This document shows, piece after piece, positions 9,545 through 18,776 of a stretch of DNA of 35,160 nt. Position numbers and translations under genes: made by a program. The notes below the pieces were generated by a model. It was not told the origin of the DNA and searched no databases. It worked only from the letters and a program-made list of their open reading frames with translations. Position 1 is the first letter of the stretch. The number at the start of each line of letters is the position of its first letter. Origin of the DNA: an uncultured Methylococcales bacterium. GTDB taxonomy: Bacteria > Pseudomonadota > Gammaproteobacteria > Methylococcales > G963664935. Where the stretch lies: NCBI GenBank assembly GCA_964653275.1, contig CAZZET010000027.1, positions 4,000 to 39,159 of the forward strand, in the 5' to 3' direction.

Positions 9545-12322
9545 TCAGTTAATTCGCTTGTCTAATTCTCCCCCCAAGGTTGCACGAACGGCACAAAACT
9601 TAAATTCGGGGATTTTGCCGTAGGGATCTAGGGCTTCATTGGTTATCAGGTTTGCAGACGCTTCGTTATAACAGAATGCCATATTCAAACACCCCACTGG
9701 AACGCCGACATCGACCCGGGCGAAGGCTGTAATTTTCCCTCGTCTGGATTCGACAGTAATCAACTCACCGGGTTGACCACCCAAGGACTCAAGATCTTCT
9801 GGATTAATGTCAATAGTCGGCTCCGGCTCTATAGCGTCAAGCATAGTGGCGTGACGCGTCATACTTCCGGTATGCCAGTGTTCCAACTGGCGCCCTGTCA
9901 CAAATACAAGAGGATATTCCTCATCCGGCAATTCATCTGCCCTGGAAAAATCTGCAGGAACAAAAAGGCCTTTTCCTGATCTAGTTGGAAAACCTTCAGT
10001 AAAAATAACGGGTTCCCCTGGGTCACCTTCGTTTTCCAGAGGGTACGTCAGCGAATCCTCTCGCTCAAGTCGTTCCCAGGTCATACCAGCGATACTCGGC
10101 ATGGCTTGACGCATTTCTTCGAACACATCATTGGGTCCACTATAGTTCCAATTTAAGCCCATTCGCTTAGCAATTTCCTGAATGGTCCACAGATCCTGGC
10201 GCGCATCTCCAGGTGGATCAATCACTTGACGTCCCATCTGCACTCGTCTATCGGTGTTGGAAAAAGTCCCGGTTTTTTCCGAAAACGCTGAAGAAGGCAG
10301 AATAACATCGGCAAAACCTGCCGTTTCCGTCAGAAAAATGTCTTGTACTACTAAATGCTCCAGTTTGGTAAAAGCTTCGCGCACATGATTCTGATTAGGA
10401 TCCGACATGGCTGGATTTTCACCTTCGATGTACATTCCGAAAACGTCACCACGATGAACCGCATGAATCATCTCTACTGTGGTTAAACCAGGGTTTGGAT
10501 CTAAATCTGTTCCCCATAACTGTTCAAACTTTTCCTGAGCTACCGGGTCATTCACTGGAACATAGTCGGGATAAACCATAGGGATCAAACCCACGTCGGA
10601 AGCACCTTGCACATTATTTTGCCCGCGTAAGGGATGTAATCCTGTACCACGCCGCCCCACCTGTCCGGTCATCAAAGCCAGGGAAATCAAACAACGTGCA
10701 TTATCGGTTCCATGAATATGCTGGGATATCCCCATACCCCACAAAATCATTGAACACTTAGAGCTTGCGTATAAGCGCGCAACTTCTTTGATTTTTTCCG
10801 CTTCGATACCACAGATTGGCGCAACTCTTTCAGGACTATAGTCGATCAGGTGACGGCGCATCTTGTCAAAACCTTCGGTATAGCTCTCAATGTATTTATC
10901 GTTTTGTAGGTCTTCTTCCAAAATGGTGTGCATGATTCCATTGAGCAAAGCAACGTCAGTATCTGGACGAAACTGCAAAACATGGGTAGCATGCCGCGCA
11001 ATTTCAGTACGTCGAGGGTCCATTACAATCAGCTTTGTTCCATTTTTGACCGCATTTTTGATGAAGGTTGCGCCGACTGGGTGATTAACCGTAGGGTTAG
11101 AACCAATGACCACCACGACATCGGCTAATGCAACATCTTCTACTGGATTCGACACGGCCCCGGAACCTAAACACTCCAATAACGCAACTACGGAGGAGGC
11201 ATGACACAGACGTGTACAATGGTCAACGTTATTGCTGCCAAAACCAGTTCGAACGAGTTTTTGGAACAGATAGGCCTCTTCATTGCTCCCTTTCGCAGAA
11301 CCCAAGCCCGCGAGCGCATTTTTTCCTTTGTCATCACGAATTTTATTTAAGCCCTCCGCGGCAAAATCCAAGGCTTCATCCCAGGTTGCTTCGCGGAACA
11401 CTTTATCCAGATCCGCGGGATCAAGAAGTTCAACTGATTTGGAAACCCCGTCCTTTCTGATAAGGGGCTTAGTTAATCGCCGACGATGACTGACATAGTC
11501 AAATCCATACCGTCCTTTCACGCACAATCTACCATGGTTAGCTGGGCCATCGCGGCCTTCAACATAGAGAATTTCATTATCCTTAGCGTGATACGTAATT
11601 AAACACCCTACCCCGCAATATGGACAGGTGGAATTAACTTTCTTATCGGGCGCTACCAAGCCAACCTGTTTAGATGGCATTAATGCCCCGGTGGGACACG
11701 CTTGTACACATTCACCACAGGCCACGCAGGTACTTTGGCCCATGGGGTCTCCCTGGTCGAATACGATCTCTGAATGCGCTCCCCGAAAAGCATATCCAAT
11801 CACATCGTTCATCTGTTCTTCGCGACAAGCACGGACACAACGGGTACATTGTATACATGCATCCAAATTGACGGCGATTGAAGGATGAGATATATCGGCG
11901 GTGGGCTGGGGTCGTCCTGGGAATCTAGGCGTGCCGATATCCAGTTTCTTACACCATATATCCAATTCAGAATCCAACTTATAAGGAGATATGCCTTGAT
12001 CAGGCATATCCGACAGTAACATTTCCAGTACCAATTTTTGAGACTTTCGTGCTCTTTCGTTGGTACTACTAACGGTCATATTTTCCTGAACATTCCGACA
12101 ACAGGACGGCGCGAGTACCCGCTCACCGTCAATTTCAACCATACAGGCACGACAATTGCCATCCGGACGAAGACCCTCTTGATAACAAAGATGAGGGATT
12201 TCTTTGCCATGACGCTTGGCCGCCTGTAGGATAGTTTCTCCCTCAAAGGCCAAAAGTTGTTGCCCATCCAGATTAAACGTTATGGATTTTTGGGTTTCGA
12301 TCGTATCAGGGTTTGCTACCAT
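9545..12322 (-). CDS. fdsA: NAD-dependent formate dehydrogenase alpha (catalytic molybdo/tungstopterin) subunit
   Basis: 925-aa ORF. N-terminal 2Fe-2S GNCRACMVEIDGERV. Ferredoxin-like motifs CIQCTRCVRAC and CVACGECVQACPTGAL. Active-site region VDHCTRLCHASSV uses Cys, not Sec (no in-frame TGA). SD GAGGAG upstream. Confidence 0.9.
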   Translation of the reverse strand: MVANPDTIETQKSITFNLDGQQLLAFEGETILQAAKRHGKEIPHLCYQEGLRPDGNCRACMVEIDGERVLAPSCCRNVQENMTVSSTNERARKSQKLVLEMLLSDMPDQGISPYKLDSELDIWCKKLDIGTPRFPGRPQPTADISHPSIAVNLDACIQCTRCVRACREEQMNDVIGYAFRGAHSEIVFDQGDPMGQSTCVACGECVQACPTGALMPSKQVGLVAPDKKVNSTCPYCGVGCLITYHAKDNEILYVEGRDGPANHGRLCVKGRYGFDYVSHRRRLTKPLIRKDGVSKSVELLDPADLDKVFREATWDEALDFAAEGLNKIRDDKGKNALAGLGSAKGSNEEAYLFQKLVRTGFGSNNVDHCTRLCHASSVVALLECLGSGAVSNPVEDVALADVVVVIGSNPTVNHPVGATFIKNAVKNGTKLIVMDPRRTEIARHATHVLQFRPDTDVALLNGIMHTILEEDLQNDKYIESYTEGFDKMRRHLIDYSPERVAPICGIEAEKIKEVARLYASSKCSMILWGMGISQHIHGTDNARCLISLALMTGQVGRRGTGLHPLRGQNNVQGASDVGLIPMVYPDYVPVNDPVAQEKFEQLWGTDLDPNPGLTTVEMIHAVHRGDVFGMYIEGENPAMSDPNQNHVREAFTKLEHLVVQDIFLTETAGFADVILPSSAFSEKTGTFSNTDRRVQMGRQVIDPPGDARQDLWTIQEIAKRMGLNWNYSGPNDVFEEMRQAMPSIAGMTWERLEREDSLTYPLENEGDPGEPVIFTEGFPTRSGKGLFVPADFSRADELPDEEYPLVFVTGRQLEHWHTGSMTRHATMLDAIEPEPTIDINPEDLESLGGQPGELITVESRRGKITAFARVDVGVPVGCLNMAFCYNEASANLITNEALDPYGKIPEFKFCAVRATLGGELDKRIN

Positions 12323-12370
12323 TTAACTCGCTCCTCGTTGGGGCCGCGTTGCTTTCGGTGAGGCCAAAAT

Positions 12371-14077
12371 TTATTTTAGTTCTTGCGGAAAATACTTAAA
12401 AACACACCGCAACGGATTGGGTGCTGCTTGCCCCAATCCACAAATCGAGGCATCACACATCACGGTGGATAACTCTTCCAGGAGGTCAGCATCCCACTTA
12501 TCTCGCTTCATCAAATGCACCGCTTTTGTCGTGCCTACACGGCATGGAGTACACTGCCCACAGGATTCATCCTCGAAGAATCGCATGGCATTCAAAGCTG
12601 TGGTTTTTGCACTGTCTTGATGAGAAAGCACGATAATTGCCGCCGAACCGATAAAACAGCCATGTTCGTTTAAAGTATCGAAATCTAGTGGAATATCGCC
12701 CATTGATGCAGGCAGAATGCCTCCCGAAGCGCCGCCAGGAAAATAACCGTAAAATTCGTGTCCGGGTAACATTCCGCCACAATATTCATCAATCAATTCC
12801 TTCATGGTGATACCTGCTGGCGCTAAATGGACACCGGGTTTTTGTACACGACCGCTAACCGAAAAAGAGCGCAGACCTTTTCGATCATGGCGTCCCTTAG
12901 ACGCAAACCAGTCAGCACCTTTTTCAACAATTTCACGAACCCAGTAGAGGGTTTCCATATTGTGCTCTAGGGTCGGGCGTCCAAACAAACCCACTTCCGC
13001 CACATAAGGAGGACGCAACCTGGGCATACCCCGTTTGCCCTCGATGGATTCGATCATCGCAGATTCTTCACCACAAATGTAAGCCCCAGCCCCTCGCCTC
13101 AAATGAATCAAGGGTAACCCAACAACGGGCGGATTGGCTTGCAAAGTGTCCAATTCTTCGATCAGGATTTTTCGACACGCAGCGTATTCATCACGCAAAT
13201 AAACATAAATCTCGGTGATACCGACGGCCCAGGCAGCGATTAGCATACCTTCCAAAAAACGATGCGGATCGGTTTCTAAATAATGTCGATCTTTGAATGT
13301 ACCTGGCTCACCTTCATCGATATTAATTGCCATTAACCGTGGTCCCGAATAACCCTTCACAATTTTCCATTTTGTTCCAGCCGGAAACCCAGCACCACCT
13401 AATCCCCGCAATCCGGAATTTTCCATAATGGTGATCACATCATCCACGGCACGATCACCCACCATACAAGAATTCAGTAGTTTGTACCCACCTTGCGCCT
13501 TATACGCCTTATATTTTGTATAACGTGGAACCGATGCTTCGATAGCGTTTCTTCGGACCGCCTCGCTGACTAGATCGGTCGTTGCTTGATCGATAGGGTT
13601 TTGACCAACAACAGCAACGGGAGCCTGTTCACACCTACCCACGCAAGGGACTGTCATCACCCGCACATCATTGCCCAAGCCTTTTTGCAGGGCTTCTATC
13701 ATAGGTTTGGCCCCAGCCAACTCACAGGAAATAGAATCACAAACCCGGACTGTTAACAGAGGAGGAGGGGTATCACCCTCCTTAACAACGTCAAAATGAT
13801 GATAAAACGTGGCTACTTCGTAAACTTCGGCCGGTGCTAATCCTAATTCGTGGGCTAAAGCGACAATGTGTTTGGCGGAAATATGTTTGTAAGCATCTTG
13901 GATTCTATGCAAGTGCTCAATTAATAAATCCTTTCGCCTGGGTTCGTTGGCTAATAAATCTCGGATTTCTTCCAACACCGCAAGATCTATCTGCTGCCCC
14001 TTTTTAGCTCTACGTTTATTTTTTATTTTTGTTATTTCAACTACATTTGATTCTGCCACCCAGTTGCCCTCCGACAA
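12371..14077 (-). CDS. fdsB: Formate dehydrogenase beta subunit with fused N-terminal NuoE-like (gamma) domain: NuoE/NuoF-like, FMN and NAD binding
   Basis: 568-aa ORF. NuoE-like CVGRCEQAPVAVVG. NuoF-like GAGAYICGEESAMIESIEGKRG and ESCGQCTPCRVG. ORF-track start is TTG with no clear SD, so the start is uncertain. Lies 48 bp upstream of fdsA. Confidence 0.85.
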   Translation of the reverse strand: MSEGNWVAESNVVEITKIKNKRRAKKGQQIDLAVLEEIRDLLANEPRRKDLLIEHLHRIQDAYKHISAKHIVALAHELGLAPAEVYEVATFYHHFDVVKEGDTPPPLLTVRVCDSISCELAGAKPMIEALQKGLGNDVRVMTVPCVGRCEQAPVAVVGQNPIDQATTDLVSEAVRRNAIEASVPRYTKYKAYKAQGGYKLLNSCMVGDRAVDDVITIMENSGLRGLGGAGFPAGTKWKIVKGYSGPRLMAINIDEGEPGTFKDRHYLETDPHRFLEGMLIAAWAVGITEIYVYLRDEYAACRKILIEELDTLQANPPVVGLPLIHLRRGAGAYICGEESAMIESIEGKRGMPRLRPPYVAEVGLFGRPTLEHNMETLYWVREIVEKGADWFASKGRHDRKGLRSFSVSGRVQKPGVHLAPAGITMKELIDEYCGGMLPGHEFYGYFPGGASGGILPASMGDIPLDFDTLNEHGCFIGSAAIIVLSHQDSAKTTALNAMRFFEDESCGQCTPCRVGTTKAVHLMKRDKWDADLLEELSTVMCDASICGLGQAAPNPLRCVFKYFPQELK

Positions 14078-14192
14078 ATTTCAGCTTGGCCATGTGCCTT
14101 AAAACTCCTTTTCACCTAAAAAAACCCAAAATCCAAAAGTTATAGCAATATAACGTAGTTTTGCTCTATGATTCAAATCATCATTTTTTCAA

Positions 14193-14216
14193 TCCATCAT
14201 CACTTTTGGTGATGGA
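14193..14216. promoter_or_regulatory. Interrupted dyad with T-N11-A architecture in the divergent fdsB/lysR promoter region (candidate LysR-type operator)
   Basis: TCCATCA-N10-TGATGGA, with inner ATCAC-N5-GTGAT giving TCAC-TTTTG-GTGA (T-N11-A). A second imperfect dyad TTATAGCAATATAA lies at 14140-14153. Confidence 0.3.
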
Positions 14217-14280
14217 CAATATTTGTCGCATAATCGCTTGCGCATAGACTTTTCTTCATAACCAGGCCGACCTATCACCA

Positions 14281-15165
14281 TTGAATCCTAATCACCTATT
14301 AACGTTTTCGGTCGTCGCTCGACTTAAGAGTATTACCCGTGCAGCAAAGCATTTGCATATTGGCCAACCCGCGGTATCTGGGCAACTTAAACTGTTGCAA
14401 GACACGGTAGGGGAACCCTTGTATTACCGGAAAGGGCATCAGATTATTCTAAGTTCCGTTGGCGAAGGATTACTCGATTACGCCAACCGTCTTGCCGAAG
14501 ATCTACAACAGGCCCGGGAATATGTACGCTGTTTGCAAACTCTCGACGCTGGCATACTGAGAATTGGTTCGACCATGACCATCGCCAGCTATTACCTTCC
14601 CCAATATTTGGTTCAATTGCAAACTCAGCATCCAGGAACTCAGGTTTTTATGACTACTGGCAGCACGCGGGAAATTATTCAAAAACAATCTGACTTAGAC
14701 CTGGGTTTTATAGAAGGACCGGTAATCCACCATGATATACCAACAAATTACCAAATGTTGCCCTGGAAAGATGATGAAATAGTTCTTGTCCTACATAAAA
14801 ACCATAAACTTGCAAAACAATACAAAAAAGCTGTACCACTTGAAGTATTCGCCCAACACCAAGTCATCTGGCGAGAAGCAGAATCCGGTGCGCGTCAAGT
14901 CGTTGAAACCGCATTGGCTGAAGCGGGTATTGTTGCTCCGATCAACATCGAGGTAACGGGTGTTGACGGCATTAAGGAATCCGTTAGGGCTGGGCTTGGT
15001 ATTAGCTTTGCCTCATTTCAGGCACTGAAAAACGAAAGTACTGAACTCGTTTCACGACGCATAAACCCGCCTGAGGGATTGATTTGGCACCTAAGCATCA
15101 TTGCGCCTAAAGAAAAATTTCAATCTCGTATTGCCGGGTCATTTATTGATGTTTGCACGACCTAG
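14281..15165 (+). CDS. LysR-family transcriptional regulator, divergent from fdsBA
   Basis: 294-aa ORF. HTH LHIGQPAVSGQLKLLQ plus a LysR substrate-binding domain. Start is apparently TTG because a stop closes the frame 33 nt upstream. Confidence 0.85.
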   Translation: MNPNHLLTFSVVARLKSITRAAKHLHIGQPAVSGQLKLLQDTVGEPLYYRKGHQIILSSVGEGLLDYANRLAEDLQQAREYVRCLQTLDAGILRIGSTMTIASYYLPQYLVQLQTQHPGTQVFMTTGSTREIIQKQSDLDLGFIEGPVIHHDIPTNYQMLPWKDDEIVLVLHKNHKLAKQYKKAVPLEVFAQHQVIWREAESGARQVVETALAEAGIVAPINIEVTGVDGIKESVRAGLGISFASFQALKNESTELVSRRINPPEGLIWHLSIIAPKEKFQSRIAGSFIDVCTT

Positions 15166-15460
15166 AAAACTGATAAAGAATAGACAATCTATTGGCAAAA
15201 AGCCTTTTTAGCTAGATACTTCAAACTTTTTCATGAAAAAGGCCCACTATTCGCTTCACTAATGGGGTGAAATTCAAGGATGTCATTCACCATTATGAGC
15301 GGATAATCTAACCTAAAAGACTTCCCCTCATTACAGATCCAAATTTCAGACTGCCTCCTAGAGCCCGAAGTCTGAACATCGAATATAATAGCCTGTCTCA
15401 ACTAATTTCGATATGTCACTATCGGAGATTACGCAAAAATCGTTTTTTTGGAGGACCAAA

Positions 15461-16252
15461 ATGAAGTTTACCAACATTATTTCCAAGCTTGCTTTTCTCT
15501 TCGGTGTTTTTCTACTGTTAGCAAATACAACCCAAGCAGCGGAATCCACTATTTGGCTAAACGATGTCAAAAAGGAATTTTATGGGGACCGTGAAATCAA
15601 GGAATCCAGCGACATCATAGAACTTACAGCACCATACCGTGCGGAAGACCCAGCGTTGGTGCCAATCAAGATCACAAGTAAGATCCCCCAAACCAAAGAG
15701 CGATACATTAAAACTATCACCCTTTTCATCGACAAGAACCCCATCCCATTTTCAGGTGAATTTCACTTTACACCAGAAAGCGGGCGAGCCGACCTAGCCA
15801 TGCGTGTACGTGTCAACGCCTATTCGAACGTGCGTGCTGTCGCCGAACTGAATGACGGCACTTTGGTTATGCACAAAAAATTTGTAAAAGCTACCGGTGG
15901 TTGCTCGGCCCCACTGGCGTCTGATATGGAAGCGGCAATGAAGCGTATGGGTAAAATGAAATTTCGTGTTGATAACAACGCAAGCTCGGCCCAACTACTT
16001 ATTAGTCACCCAAATATCAGCGGTCTGCAAATGGATCAGTTGACGCGCTTATATACTCCTGCGCATTACGTTGAAGACATGAAAATCACTTTTAACAATC
16101 GTCTTGTTCTCAATGCCAAGACGGATATTGCGATCAGTCAAGATCCAAACTTTCGGTTTTATTTCGTGCCCAAAAAATCCGGTGTGTTAAAAGCCGAAAT
16201 TAAAGACAACAAAGGCAATCGGTTTTCTCAAACATACGAGGTTAAGCTCTAA
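15461..16252 (+). CDS. SoxYZ-like fused carrier protein of the quinoprotein-dehydrogenase-associated type
   Basis: Start placed at ATG 15461 (MKFTNIISKLAFLFGVFLLLANTTQA signal peptide, GGAGGA SD); the ORF track begins 48 nt earlier. Internal KATGGCSAPLASD resembles the SoxY carrier GGCGG Cys motif. The C-terminal half looks SoxZ-like. Confidence 0.6.
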   Translation: MKFTNIISKLAFLFGVFLLLANTTQAAESTIWLNDVKKEFYGDREIKESSDIIELTAPYRAEDPALVPIKITSKIPQTKERYIKTITLFIDKNPIPFSGEFHFTPESGRADLAMRVRVNAYSNVRAVAELNDGTLVMHKKFVKATGGCSAPLASDMEAAMKRMGKMKFRVDNNASSAQLLISHPNISGLQMDQLTRLYTPAHYVEDMKITFNNRLVLNAKTDIAISQDPNFRFYFVPKKSGVLKAEIKDNKGNRFSQTYEVKL

Positions 16253-16302
16253 TCCAAATCAGTAACCCCACCGCGACACAGCACATTGGTTTAGATCTCA
16301 GA

Positions 16303-16707
16303 TCACTTAAGATGACACGCCTTTGCCGCCAAGCTTTTTGCTTCTTCCAATCGCTTGCGTAGATCCCGGGATTTGGGGGGATCGCGAAATACCGATCCCC
16401 GCTCGCCCGGGAGGCTACGAAATCGAGAATAGGTTTGAGCTTGGGTATACTCCTCATCGGTCATCAAGGTTGCAATTTTATCCACACTACAAACACAAGG
16501 GTAAAAAAACTGATAGCTTTGTCCACCTCGCTGGTTCATACACTCTAAGACGTACTCAACGCGTGTTTGAGTGGAAAAATCGTTCACAAGTTTCTGTTCC
16601 GGAGTTGAGGCGCAACCAGGTAGAATCAATATGAATGAAAAAATCCAAAAATTAGATTGACCGGAGCGTATTCCTTTAAAAAAGCGGCTCATAAAAAATT
16701 GACTCAT
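16303..16707 (-). CDS. Hypothetical lipoprotein
   Basis: 134-aa ORF. Lipobox ILILPGCAS. Four Cys (LECMN, YPCVCS, AKACH). No family recognised. Start may be the second Met at 16692. Confidence 0.45.
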   Translation of the reverse strand: MSQFFMSRFFKGIRSGQSNFWIFSFILILPGCASTPEQKLVNDFSTQTRVEYVLECMNQRGGQSYQFFYPCVCSVDKIATLMTDEEYTQAQTYSRFRSLPGERGSVFRDPPKSRDLRKRLEEAKSLAAKACHLK

Positions 16708-16733
16708 ATCTCTCTTTAAAAATCAGAAAAAAA

Positions 16734-17195
16734 TTACTCTTCAGCAGCAAAGTCTACAATCTCTTTTAATTGTACATTTATTTCCTTCGAAAATTTGTTC
16801 AATACCTCATCATCTGTATCGGTGGGCAGCAACCTCGTTTTTACGATCACCTGTTCCCGATGTGAATACACGACAATATTACACGGCATATGACGGACCG
16901 CCTCAGGCGATAACCGAAGTAATATTTCGGCATAGGTCAAATTACAAAATTGAATGGTATCATAATCTGGAAAATCGATTTCGCCCCGTTCCCGAATAAC
17001 TTTTCCAACTCTACTGTGACCCGTGACTCTAAAATTATATTCACTAATAGCCACCCGTAACTCGGCCAATACCTCGTCGTATGGTTTAGTCGTTTCTACC
17101 TCATAATATTTGGTTATTTCAACACGTTGGGTTGCTCCACAACCCGACAAAACCAACCCTAATAGTATGGATAAAAAATATGATAGCTTTGCCAT
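16734..17195 (-). CDS. DUF302-like lipoprotein
   Basis: 153-aa ORF. Lipobox LVLSGCG. Central region (FRVTGH...FCNLTYAEILL...PCNIVVY) resembles DUF302. Confidence 0.55.
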   Translation of the reverse strand: MAKLSYFLSILLGLVLSGCGATQRVEITKYYEVETTKPYDEVLAELRVAISEYNFRVTGHSRVGKVIRERGEIDFPDYDTIQFCNLTYAEILLRLSPEAVRHMPCNIVVYSHREQVIVKTRLLPTDTDDEVLNKFSKEINVQLKEIVDFAAEE

Positions 17196-17246
17196 TCACT
17201 TCTGAAACTATTTTCGGCTCACCGTTAACAATTCACTAAGGGTATC

Positions 17247-17876
17247 ATGCAAAATAATCGAGCAAAAGTAACCGGTGTCGTATTGGCGGGGGGACAGGCA
17301 CGGCGCATGGGCAATAGAGATAAAGGATTGATCCAATACCTGGGTCGACCATTAATCCATTGTGCAATCGATGCATTAAGCCCTGTCGTTGGGAAAATAA
17401 TTATCAACGCCAACCGCAATCAAGACATTTATTCGCGTTTGGGACATAGGGTCATTTCGGATTTGACCGATACTTACGATGGTCCATTGGCTGGAATTTT
17501 GAGCAGCTTAAAGCGTATCGATACACCTTATCTGCTATCGATTCCGTGTGACTGCCCACTCATAGAATCGAAACTTTTAACGCAAATGGTCGATGACTTC
17601 CTGCGTAACCAAGCCGACGCTGGTGTAGCGTTTGACGGCAAACGTATTCATCCGGTTTTTCTTATTCTAAAAACCGAATTGGCAGAAAGTCTCGAAATTT
17701 ACTTAGCCAGCGGTCAGAGAAAAATAGATACTTGGCTTTTCCAACACAAATTAGAAAAATTTGATTTCAGTGAGTTTCCTGAAATGTTTGAAAACGTCAA
17801 TACACCTGAAGATCTAGCCTGTTTAGAGTCGAGAATTAAAGCTAAGCTAAGTGAGGATGGTAACAAAGGTGAATAG
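17247..17876 (+). CDS. mobA: molybdenum cofactor guanylyltransferase
   Basis: 209-aa ORF. N-terminal VTGVVLAGGQARRMG nucleotide-binding motif. SD AAGGGT. Confidence 0.85.
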   Translation: MQNNRAKVTGVVLAGGQARRMGNRDKGLIQYLGRPLIHCAIDALSPVVGKIIINANRNQDIYSRLGHRVISDLTDTYDGPLAGILSSLKRIDTPYLLSIPCDCPLIESKLLTQMVDDFLRNQADAGVAFDGKRIHPVFLILKTELAESLEIYLASGQRKIDTWLFQHKLEKFDFSEFPEMFENVNTPEDLACLESRIKAKLSEDGNKGE

Positions 17877-18690
17877 CCACGCCCCCCTGATGACGAATGC
17901 AGGATTGAATTCCTGTCATGAAGTAACCGTCTTCGATGAACATGGACAGTCTCGACAAATAGAATTAGCCGGCGAGCGGGCTTTAACGGTTTATGTCGAT
18001 AAATTTGAGATCGTTACTCTAATGACCATTGGAACCCATCCCGAATTACTGACTCTAGGTTATCTGCACAACCAGGGATTTATTGAAAACATTGAAGATA
18101 TCGAGGAGGTCCAAGTCGACTGGGAATCCGAAGCTGTCGCTGTGATTACCCGAAGGACGGTCACCGATTTTAAAGAAAAACTTTCGCGGCGTACGGTGAC
18201 TACAGGCTGCGGCCAAGGCACCGTGTTCGGTCGGTTGTTGGACCAACTGCAGGAGATCCGAATGCCCAATATAGAAATCAGGCAATCCACTATCTATGGC
18301 CTGTTTTCGACGCTTCGCGAATACAACGAAGTATACAAAAAGGCTGGCGCAGTTCACGGTTGCGCCCTTTGTACCGGAAGTAAAATCGACTTTTTTGTCG
18401 AGGATGTAGGCCGACACAACGCTGTTGATGCGATCGCTGGGCACATGTGGCTTGAAGGCATCGGGGGCTCTGACAAAATCTTTTATACGACGGGACGGTT
18501 GACTTCGGAAATGGTTATCAAAGTCACTCAAATGGGTATCCCAATTTTATTGTCAAGATCAGGTGCCACCCAAATGGGATTGGCAATGGCACAACAATCG
18601 GGTGTAACTCTTATTTCCAGGGCTAAAGGCAAACACTTTCTAGTACTTAACGGAATCCAGAATATTGTGTATGACGCCAACCATCGATAG
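17851..18690 (+). CDS. fdhD: formate dehydrogenase accessory sulfurtransferase FdhD
   Basis: 279-aa ORF. ERALTVYVDKFEIVTLMTIGTHPELLTLGYLHNQGFIE and C-terminal GRLTSEMVIKVTQMGIPILLSRSGATQMGLAMAQQSGVTLIS are FdhD-like. Start is ambiguous (GTG 17851, ATG 17857 or ATG 17890) and overlaps the mobA 3' end. Confidence 0.8.
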   Translation: MRMVTKVNSHAPLMTNAGLNSCHEVTVFDEHGQSRQIELAGERALTVYVDKFEIVTLMTIGTHPELLTLGYLHNQGFIENIEDIEEVQVDWESEAVAVITRRTVTDFKEKLSRRTVTTGCGQGTVFGRLLDQLQEIRMPNIEIRQSTIYGLFSTLREYNEVYKKAGAVHGCALCTGSKIDFFVEDVGRHNAVDAIAGHMWLEGIGGSDKIFYTTGRLTSEMVIKVTQMGIPILLSRSGATQMGLAMAQQSGVTLISRAKGKHFLVLNGIQNIVYDANHR

Positions 18691-18776
18691 TCATGCAAGG
18701 TCATATCAGTGCATACAAAAATGGAACAAAGAGCTAAAACCTATTATTTAGCCAATAAATTAAATAATGAGGAAAG

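Noticed and set aside
10890-12267. Multiple 60-110-aa ORFs on both strands within fdsA
   Set aside because: All overlap the 925-aa formate dehydrogenase alpha subunit gene, have low-complexity or Pro/Arg-rich translations, and have no start-site signals.
9545-12322. Possible selenocysteine (in-frame TGA) at the formate dehydrogenase active site
   Set aside because: The alpha-subunit ORF is uninterrupted. The active-site motif reads ...VDHCTRLCHASSV, a Cys-type enzyme, so no SECIS/Sec recoding is needed.
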